Position numbers and translations under genes: made by a program. A stretch of 64,000 nucleotides of DNA from a virus (taxonomy: Duplodnaviria > Caudoviricetes), in the IMG/VR virus record IMGVR_UViG_2914150438_000002, positions 11,170 to 75,169 of that record. One strand, 5' to 3'. Positions 48,691-56,427 of the stretch are shown piece after piece. The stretch's first letter is position 1, and each line of letters opens with the position of its first letter. A model generated the notes under the pieces. It had not been told where the DNA came from. It worked only from the letters and a program-made list of their open reading frames with translations, and did no database searches.

Positions 48691-50301
48691 CTATCGCTCC
48701 GGCCCATAGCCGTAAATTCTATCTTCGTAGGCGCCCTTATACCTCTCAAAACTCTTCAAAACGCTTTCGCTATCGCGCATATCCAACTCTTTGACCATCT
48801 CTGCTATGGGTATATTGTTCCTTACGGAAAACTTTGCGACAAAGTCCACCATGTACTTGTCGTCCGCGCGCTTGTTCTCAATTCTTGAACATATAAACGC
48901 TATGCCTTCATTGATCTTTTCCTCCTCCGTTTTTTCGCGACCTACCGCAGTTTGTGCGGGCATTTTTACCAAAATATCAGGCGGCTTTACTCCAAATGCC
49001 TCAAAAATACCCCTTAATGTATTTATCACCAGCTTTGAAAATGGCGTATATTTTCTACGGGTAATCCCGCTTATTATCTCTAATATTATCTTGCTTGCTT
49101 CATATATTGATTTACATAATCCAAAATCCGGCGCAGGTTCTGCATCGTATTCGCATAGTTTTTTACTATTTGCGAGAGCTTCACCATCTCTTTTTTCATA
49201 GTCTCCATTTCCTGGATCCTTTGCGCGTCTCTCGCTTCCATAAACGCTATCTTCTCCGAAAACTCTCTTGATTTGGCTTCCAACATTGCTTTCATAGCGT
49301 TTGAAAACTTCGCTGATTCGCGCTCCAAGATCTCTTCTATCATCTTGTATATTTCCTGCTTTTGGCATGCTGAATCCAGAATCAGGTTTTTCATGTTCTC
49401 CTTTGATACTTCCAACATGGCGTCCAATATAGGTTGCATGTCTTTGCTCTTGTTTATCTTCTCGTTCATAATCTTTTATCTTCCTTTCACTTAAATGTTT
49501 ATATCTTGACTTCATAATGTCGTGGCGGCGCTTGTTTTCGGCCTCCCACAACTTGCGGTAGTCCACTTCGTCACTTTGCCTTAAATCAGCATTTTCTATA
49601 TCAAATGTCTTTTCTGCGGCAGGGCCTTTCAGCCTTATGCGGGTATCGCCGCGCTTTACCGTAAAGTAATCCTTGCCTTGGCGCGGGATTTCCATTCCCT
49701 CTCTTTTCAATATCCCAAAAAGATCTTCCCGCGTTCGTACGATGCCTTCTTCTATTCCATCAAAACTCAATCGGCACACCTCATAATAAAGCTCTTTGCC
49801 TTTTTCACCCAGCCGCGCGCTCGCGCTAAGAAGCTTCCTTTTATTGCTTGGATCGCTAAGCTTGGGATTTTCTTGGTGCAGCATTTTACCCATAAGCTTA
49901 TGGGCCTTTATGTCGCGCCGGTGCAAATACGGCGTAAATTGCCTGTTATTTGCCATGCAGAGCGTGTAAAAATTTAACTCATAGCTTCTGTCCGGATTGT
50001 GGTGCCTTATAAACAAGTAATAGAAGTCCTCATGGTCAAAGCCCGGAAAAAAGGTCTCTAATATGCACTCCTTCAAGCGCTCTTCAAATTCTATTCCGCC
50101 TATCTCGCTAAGCGGACGCTTCTCGCGGTAAACGTAGGTAAGCGACGGCTCCTTATACCTTCGGGCATATTTTCTCATGTGCATTATTACCCTCAAGTTT
50201 CCGCCGCCTACAACTTCGCTTGTCCTATCTCGCCCTTTAGAATCGGTATTTCCCAAAAGATATTCCAAGTCCTTATCTGGGCTTATTCGCTTGCCGATCA
50301 T
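48691..50301 (-). CDS. ColE1 MbeA-type (MOB_HEN) relaxase
   Basis: EYLLG (catalytic Tyr), FPG...YYLFIRH, YELNF (H-E-N), QFTPYLHRRD and LSDP parallel MbeA DYLLG, MPGL...WVEH, LELNF, LQPYYDRAD and LHDP. Confidence 0.82.
   Translation of the reverse strand: MIGKRISPDKDLEYLLGNTDSKGRDRTSEVVGGGNLRVIMHMRKYARRYKEPSLTYVYREKRPLSEIGGIEFEERLKECILETFFPGFDHEDFYYLFIRHHNPDRSYELNFYTLCMANNRQFTPYLHRRDIKAHKLMGKMLHQENPKLSDPSNKRKLLSASARLGEKGKELYYEVCRLSFDGIEEGIVRTREDLFGILKREGMEIPRQGKDYFTVKRGDTRIRLKGPAAEKTFDIENADLRQSDEVDYRKLWEAENKRRHDIMKSRYKHLSERKIKDYEREDKQEQRHATYIGRHVGSIKGEHEKPDSGFSMPKAGNIQDDRRDLGARISEVFKRYESNVGSQIKRVFGEDSVYGSERRAKDPGNGDYEKRDGEALANSKKLCEYDAEPAPDFGLCKSIYEASKIILEIISGITRRKYTPFSKLVINTLRGIFEAFGVKPPDILVKMPAQTAVGREKTEEEKINEGIAFICSRIENKRADDKYMVDFVAKFSVRNNIPIAEMVKELDMRDSESVLKSFERYKGAYEDRIYGYGPER
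49086..49469 (-). CDS. Nested coiled-coil ORF inside the relaxase gene (MbeB/MbeD-like)
   Basis: 127-aa helical ORF in an alternative frame with AAAGGA upstream; same architecture as ColE1 mbeB/mbeD within mbeA. Confidence 0.5.
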   Translation of the reverse strand: MNEKINKSKDMQPILDAMLEVSKENMKNLILDSACQKQEIYKMIEEILERESAKFSNAMKAMLEAKSREFSEKIAFMEARDAQRIQEMETMKKEMVKLSQIVKNYANTMQNLRRILDYVNQYMKQAR

Positions 50302-50879
50302 TTTTCATCCTCCTCTAAGGCGACGTCCAATATCACGTCCAAGCGATTGCTTATTGACATAATTTCACAAAGGATTTCGGGAAACCTCTCATGGGATCTT
50401 CCGCCTTTTGCCATTATGTTTATACCCCGGGCTATTTGATTGATATTTACACCTATGCGGTTCAATTCTTTGTACGCCTTATATAATCTGCCGAATTGGC
50501 GCTTCCGGCGAACCGGCCTCAATGTGGGGATTTTTATCCCGGCAAGATGCTTGTTTATAAGCTCGCGCAAAAGTTCGGATACGTCCATTTCGCAACTTCT
50601 GGCAATAGCTTTTATCCTGGCTTTTTCCTCTTCGGTGCAGCGCAACTTTATGATGTATTTGCGCCCGCCTTCTGTGGATGCGGCTTTCTTTTTAGGTGGC
50701 GTAGCGACCGGGGTGGGTCGAGGGATGGGGGCTCTGCCCCCGTCCCCGCAAGCCGGCTTTAGGGCACTTTGTGGCCCTAAAGCTGAGCTTGCCCTGATAA
50801 ACCCCAGCCCATTTGCTTTGAATACGTTATATCCGATTCTCCATTTTTTAGAATAGGAAGGCTCTACTTCTGAAACCAT
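50298..50879 (-). CDS. mobC: MobC relaxosome accessory protein (ribbon-helix-helix)
   Basis: IKLRCTEEEKARIKAIA...VSELLREL (RHH) and ELNRIGVNINQIAR (MobC signature). Confidence 0.88.
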   Translation of the reverse strand: MVSEVEPSYSKKWRIGYNVFKANGLGFIRASSALGPQSALKPACGDGGRAPIPRPTPVATPPKKKAASTEGGRKYIIKLRCTEEEKARIKAIARSCEMDVSELLRELINKHLAGIKIPTLRPVRRKRQFGRLYKAYKELNRIGVNINQIARGINIMAKGGRSHERFPEILCEIMSISNRLDVILDVALEEDEK

Positions 50880-52375
50880 TATAGCCCTCCTTCCTTGGAA
50901 TTGCCGTTGGGAAAGAATTTGCTATATAATTCCGCGACCGAGTCAACGCCCCTTAGCTTTTCTGCGTCCAGGCCGTTCTTTACGATTTCCCATGCAATCT
51001 GCATGGCCCTCGGATGATCTTTTGGAACGTAACCGAGCCCGCTTCCCCTGATTACTTTTGTAATATTACTTACCAGTCTTTGTCTTGACGCTAATCCTTC
51101 CTTGCCCGTAAAGCCGCTCATCAAAACGGAAACTTTTTCTAAGAGTAGGTCTTTCGAAGCGTTTGCCGAAGTTTCAGTTAATTCGGGGTTCGCGCTAAGC
51201 CCTGTATTTTCTCTTTTGGGCGAATCTTCATGCTTTTCGGATATATTGCTTGAACCCGCATCTGCTAAATCCAAACTATCTTTTTGGGCGACATTGGATT
51301 TATTAAGCAGATGGGATTCTAAGTATTTCAGTAATTTCTCAATATTGTTCCATTCGGGCGATCCCTCCGCATATCTGTCCATGAATAAACTGATGTATTC
51401 GCGCATAGACTCAAACGACGCCTCTATTTTTTCTGCGTCAATCTGACCGTGGCCCACAATATCTATTCTTACCCCTAAGGACTTCCGGCTATACCCATTT
51501 GCTTCTTCCTGAAGAATATCAGGATTACCTTCATTATTTAGAAGCTCCTCAATATCATTTTCTTGCATCACTTTCTCAGAGGGTAATACCGATACCGCAG
51601 TACCCCCGTATCCAAACCGGTTTGGATAGTCAACTTTTGTGCTTTTTGCTTGCGGGGCAATGCTTCCGCTTTTGGCAACTTTTGGCCTTACTGAAAGCTT
51701 TTTTGGGGGGAATATGCTATTAACATACTCTTCGGCGTTACTTCGGCTCACTGCCGGGCCGGACAGAAATTTTTTAATTAATGCCTCAAAATCTTTCCGC
51801 TCAGATATTCTTAAAAACTTTACGACTACCGATACCCCGCAGTTCCGTAATTTTTCGCGCGTATCATGGTTCTTAATTTTACTAATTATTTTAAAGGCGT
51901 TTTTATTGTTTAAGAGCGTCTGGTCCGAAAAGCAACCATCCTTCAACCCCGTCTTCCTCAGGAAATCATTGTAACTTAGTTTCGCAAATTTCGGATTGTT
52001 CGTAAAAAGCACCTGAAGCGCACACGAAATTACATTCGAAAAGCCATTGTAATAACCCCTTAACCTTTCTAAAAATATGGTTTCTCCATGAACCGTATAA
52101 TTTTTGTTTAACGCATTGAAAATTTCAGAATTAGTTCTGGGGACCTTCCGGCAAGATTTACTATCCGCTAAATACCAATCTGTACTTACAAACTCGTATT
52201 TTGTTATTTCTTCATTACCTCCTTTCCCGTCTTTTGTTACCGCGCAGGGGTCCTGAGCGATTGCGTTAATGGGTGTAGATTCTACAAGCTCTTTTTCATC
52301 CTTAGAATTTACATTGTCTGCGATAGAAGCAACTGTGGCTTCCACCCCTCTTATATGATATGTACTTTTTTCCAT
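50879..52375 (-). CDS. Hypothetical protein (498 aa), TAATG-coupled to mobC
   Basis: Long ORF; possible internal HTH-like helices; function unknown. Confidence 0.7.
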   Translation of the reverse strand: MEKSTYHIRGVEATVASIADNVNSKDEKELVESTPINAIAQDPCAVTKDGKGGNEEITKYEFVSTDWYLADSKSCRKVPRTNSEIFNALNKNYTVHGETIFLERLRGYYNGFSNVISCALQVLFTNNPKFAKLSYNDFLRKTGLKDGCFSDQTLLNNKNAFKIISKIKNHDTREKLRNCGVSVVVKFLRISERKDFEALIKKFLSGPAVSRSNAEEYVNSIFPPKKLSVRPKVAKSGSIAPQAKSTKVDYPNRFGYGGTAVSVLPSEKVMQENDIEELLNNEGNPDILQEEANGYSRKSLGVRIDIVGHGQIDAEKIEASFESMREYISLFMDRYAEGSPEWNNIEKLLKYLESHLLNKSNVAQKDSLDLADAGSSNISEKHEDSPKRENTGLSANPELTETSANASKDLLLEKVSVLMSGFTGKEGLASRQRLVSNITKVIRGSGLGYVPKDHPRAMQIAWEIVKNGLDAEKLRGVDSVAELYSKFFPNGNSKEGGL

Positions 52376-52586
52376 AATAAGAGGAGTATAGGAAGACCTC
52401 GCGCTTTTTTTTGATTTTTTTAAATTTTTAAAAAATTTTACCTCGTGGGAGTACTATAGTGGCACTTTTTTAGCAAAATGCGGAAAATCGTCTTCGCTTT
52501 TTCACTTACTGCGGCTTTGTTCATAAATTGAATTGAATGGAACTGCGCGATTTGTAATAATTTTGGAAGATTTGCATTATATAAAA

Positions 52587-54326
52587 ATGGATTTGAACTC
52601 AAAAATTACGAACAAGGCCGCGCTCATATGGGCAATAGCCGATAAGATTACCGGTGTATATAAGCCCCACGAGTACGGTAAGGTTATTTTGCCGCTTACA
52701 GTCATAAAGCGTTTTGATTCCATATTGGAGGAAACAAAATCTGATGTTTTGGCAGCCTTTGAAAAATGCCGCAACATGGATAACGATATAATGCGGAACG
52801 AAATTTTAACAAAAGCTTCCGGACATCCTTTTTATAATACGAGCAAATATACCCTGCGCACGCTTCTTGACGACCCCGACCATATAGACGACAACTTTGC
52901 CTCTTACATTAACGCCTTTTCGCCAAACGTATGCGAAATCATTGAAAAATTTGAGTTTGCAAAAGACGAGCTGCCTAAAATGCGCGAATACGGACTCTTA
53001 TTTACCGTATTGCAGGAATTTGGCACCAAAAAAGCCGACATGCATCCTTCGCGGGTGAGCGACATAGAAATGGGCTACATTTTTGAGGAACTAATCCGCA
53101 AATTTTCCGAAAGCTACAATGAGGAGGCCGGGCAACATTATACTCCGCGCGAGGTCATAGAGCTCATGGTGCACATACTGTTAAATTTTGACAACGCCAT
53201 GCTTTCAAGTAAGCAAGCCCGCACAATCTACGACCCTGCCTGCGGAACGGGCGGCATGTTGAGCATAGCAAGCGAATACATAAAAAAGCACAATAGCTCA
53301 GCGGCTTTTTTGTGCTTTGGGCAGGAAATCAACCCCGAAACCTACGCCATAGCAAAGGCCGATATGCTCATAAAAGGAGAGAACGATAGCCTAATACGCA
53401 GCGGCAACACCCTTTCCGACGACCAATTCCCCAACCAGACATTCAATTACATAATATCCAATCCGCCATTTGGCAGGGAATGGAAGAAGGAAAAGGCGAG
53501 CGTTGAAAAAGAGGCAAAACTTACCAGAGAAAATGGCGGACGCTTCTTTATGGGGCTTCCTGCAATAGGCGATAGCCAGATGCTTTTTCTTTCAAACGCC
53601 GTCGCCAAGATGAAGCCTGTTGAGGAAGGCGGTAGCCGCGTGGCGATAGTCCACAACGGCTCTCCGCTCTTTACCGGCGACGCCGGCAGCGGCCCAAGCA
53701 ATATCAGGAAATACCTATTGGAAAACGACTTGCTTGAAGCCATCATCGCCCTTCCAAACGACATATTTTACAATACGGGAATTGCCACATATATTTGGGT
53801 GTTAAGCAATAACAAAGAAAAGCGCCGCATGGGCAAAGTTCAGCTTATAAACGCCAATGGCCTGTATGAAAAGCGCCGAAAGAGCCTAGGCAACAAGCGG
53901 AACGACATACCCCAAACCGCCATAGATGAAATCGCAAAGATTTATGGCGACTTCCGCGAGAATAAGCTAAGCAAGATTTTTAAGAATGAAGACTTTGGTT
54001 ACCGCAAAGTTGTGGTTGAGCGCCCCCTACGGGACGAAAGCGGAAAGCCCATACTAAAAAAGGGGAAAGTTCAGGCGGATCCAAAATTGCGCGATACCGA
54101 AAACATACCGCTTTCCGAAGATGTCGCAGAATACATGAAGCGCGAAGTCTTGCCCTACGCCCCCGATACTTGGATAGACGAAAGCAAGACAAAAATCGGC
54201 TACGAAATTCCATTTACGCGCTACTTTTACGAATATACTCCGCCAGTGCCCTCCGAGGAGCTCAAGCGGGAAATTTTGCAAATTGAGTCCGAACTGAAAG
54301 GTTCAATCGAAAGGATTTTTGGATAA
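52587..54326 (+). CDS. hsdM: Type I R-M methyltransferase subunit
   Basis: IWAIAD, YTPREVI, YDPACGTGGML, SNPPFG. Confidence 0.95.
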   Translation: MDLNSKITNKAALIWAIADKITGVYKPHEYGKVILPLTVIKRFDSILEETKSDVLAAFEKCRNMDNDIMRNEILTKASGHPFYNTSKYTLRTLLDDPDHIDDNFASYINAFSPNVCEIIEKFEFAKDELPKMREYGLLFTVLQEFGTKKADMHPSRVSDIEMGYIFEELIRKFSESYNEEAGQHYTPREVIELMVHILLNFDNAMLSSKQARTIYDPACGTGGMLSIASEYIKKHNSSAAFLCFGQEINPETYAIAKADMLIKGENDSLIRSGNTLSDDQFPNQTFNYIISNPPFGREWKKEKASVEKEAKLTRENGGRFFMGLPAIGDSQMLFLSNAVAKMKPVEEGGSRVAIVHNGSPLFTGDAGSGPSNIRKYLLENDLLEAIIALPNDIFYNTGIATYIWVLSNNKEKRRMGKVQLINANGLYEKRRKSLGNKRNDIPQTAIDEIAKIYGDFRENKLSKIFKNEDFGYRKVVVERPLRDESGKPILKKGKVQADPKLRDTENIPLSEDVAEYMKREVLPYAPDTWIDESKTKIGYEIPFTRYFYEYTPPVPSEELKREILQIESELKGSIERIFG

Positions 54327-55590
54327 TATGAAACCCAGCGGCATAGAGTGGATAGGCGATATTCCCGACGATTGGCAAGTTAGAAAGCTTTTATCTTTAT
54401 TTAAAGAACACAAAGACAGAAACAAAAACCTGGAAGAACAGAATTTGTTGTCACTCAGTTACGGTAAAATTAAACGTAAGGATATAAATAATAATGACGG
54501 TCTTTTGCCCGCATCATTTGAAACCTACAATATCGTAGAAAAAGGAGATATTGTTTTTAGGCTTACTGACTTACAAAATGATAAGAGAAGTTTGAGAACT
54601 GGAATTGTGACACAACGTGGAATAATAACATCTGCATATGTGACTATTCGTCCCAAGATTAAGTTAGATTCACGTTTTTACCATTATCTATACCATATGT
54701 ATGATATTTGTAAAGTGTTCTATGGAATGGGTGACGGGGTCAGACAAGGAATGGGATTTGAAGATCTGAAAAACATACCAACCTTGATTCCACCTCTTAA
54801 AACCCAAGAAATAATAGCTGATTATTTGGATGAGAAATGCGGGGAGATAGACGCGACGATAACCAAGCAGAAGGAGAGCATAGAAAAACTCAAAGCCTAT
54901 AAGCAGTCATTGATATCCGAAACCGTCACCAAAGGCCTTGATAAGTCCGCCCCCCTCAAACCCAGCGGCATAGATTATCTCGGCGATATTCCCAATGATT
55001 GGGAAGTAATTAAAACAAAATTTCTTTTTAACGTATATGGAGGATCAACGCCAAAGATAAACGTTCCAGAATACTGGGGAGATAAAATTACTTGGATAAC
55101 ACCTGGAGAATTGGGCGATGATATTAAAATCGTTTTAAATTCTAAAAGAATGTTATCTGAAAAAGGATTAAATTCATGTGGAGCGACGTTGGTTTCCAAA
55201 GGATCAATAATTATTTCAAATCGGGCACCTATAGGTCAAGTTTGTCTTGCAGGAAGTGAATTGTGTACAAACCAAGGTTGTAAATCTCTAGTAGCTAAAA
55301 TAAAGTTATCTTGTTTATTCTTTTATTATTTCTTCAAAGTACAGTCTGAAGTACTGAATATGTTGGGGAATGGAACTACATTTATGGAACTTTCAACCTC
55401 AGATTTATTAAACTTTAAAATACCTTGTCCTACAATCAAGGAACAACAGAAGATAGCAGATTATTTGGACAGTAAGTGTTCCCAAATAGATAAATATATC
55501 ACAGAAAAGCAAAATATAATACAAAAACTTGACGCATACAAAAAATCCCTTATCTTCGAATACGTAACTGGAAAACATTATTTTATATAG
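54319..55590 (+). CDS. hsdS: Type I R-M specificity subunit
   Basis: Two KPSGI(E/D)x(I/L)GDIPxxW repeats, two variable TRDs, and conserved Q..IADYLD.KC..ID helices. Confidence 0.95.
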   Translation: MDNMKPSGIEWIGDIPDDWQVRKLLSLFKEHKDRNKNLEEQNLLSLSYGKIKRKDINNNDGLLPASFETYNIVEKGDIVFRLTDLQNDKRSLRTGIVTQRGIITSAYVTIRPKIKLDSRFYHYLYHMYDICKVFYGMGDGVRQGMGFEDLKNIPTLIPPLKTQEIIADYLDEKCGEIDATITKQKESIEKLKAYKQSLISETVTKGLDKSAPLKPSGIDYLGDIPNDWEVIKTKFLFNVYGGSTPKINVPEYWGDKITWITPGELGDDIKIVLNSKRMLSEKGLNSCGATLVSKGSIIISNRAPIGQVCLAGSELCTNQGCKSLVAKIKLSCLFFYYFFKVQSEVLNMLGNGTTFMELSTSDLLNFKIPCPTIKEQQKIADYLDSKCSQIDKYITEKQNIIQKLDAYKKSLIFEYVTGKHYFI

Positions 55591-55596
55591 AAAGGA

Positions 55597-56418
55597 ATGC
55601 CAATGGAAACATATGAGAATGGATTTACAGTTGAATATCACACAGAATCTGAAATGAGGATAGATCTCTCTGAGCTCGCAGAGTCTTTACAAGGATGGGC
55701 TAGAGAGTATGATAGTTTCTGTAAAACTCAATTAAAGGGCGAAACAACAAGTAAACTTTTAATAACAGGTGTGAGAGGAAATAGTATTGATTTTGACTTC
55801 ATTCAAAATTCTCTACCAATCATATCGAGCAATTTTCCGATTATTCTAAGCTTAAGTGAATTTATTTCTAATATAAAAAATATTTGTGAATTTTTCAAAG
55901 GAAATCCTCAGGCAACAAAACCATCAAAAACCTCTACAAAAAATGTAATATCTATACTTTCTCCATCAACAAATGGATCTGTTGGGAATATTTCCGTAAA
56001 AGGAAATAATAATATTATTTATAATTATAATATTACTTACAATGATGCAAATCAAATAACGCAAGCGGGTAAAAAATTTTTGGAAGAAACTTCAGAAAGG
56101 GAGGAATACTTAACCAATAAATTTTTACGTTTTTATCAGGCAAGGAATGCTAGATCTCAAAAAGGAAATAAAGCAATAATTGAAGATATTTCTCAAATTC
56201 CAATTAATACGACGTTTGATTCTGATGAACTAAAAAATAGAATATTACACCCAGATAAATACAACATATTTGATGTTGCTTTTAAAGTAGATCTAAGGGT
56301 AAAAATAAAAGATGACAAGATTAATGAATATGTTGTTGAAAAGTTACATGAAATAATTTCGTTAGAACCTACAAATGAATTAGGATTGGAAGACAATCTT
56401 TTTGAAGATGACATATAA
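55597..56418 (+). CDS. AT-rich hypothetical protein between hsdS and hsdR
   Basis: 273-aa ORF; no motif recognised. Confidence 0.7.
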   Translation: MPMETYENGFTVEYHTESEMRIDLSELAESLQGWAREYDSFCKTQLKGETTSKLLITGVRGNSIDFDFIQNSLPIISSNFPIILSLSEFISNIKNICEFFKGNPQATKPSKTSTKNVISILSPSTNGSVGNISVKGNNNIIYNYNITYNDANQITQAGKKFLEETSEREEYLTNKFLRFYQARNARSQKGNKAIIEDISQIPINTTFDSDELKNRILHPDKYNIFDVAFKVDLRVKIKDDKINEYVVEKLHEIISLEPTNELGLEDNLFEDDI

Positions 56419-56427
56419 TATAACTCC

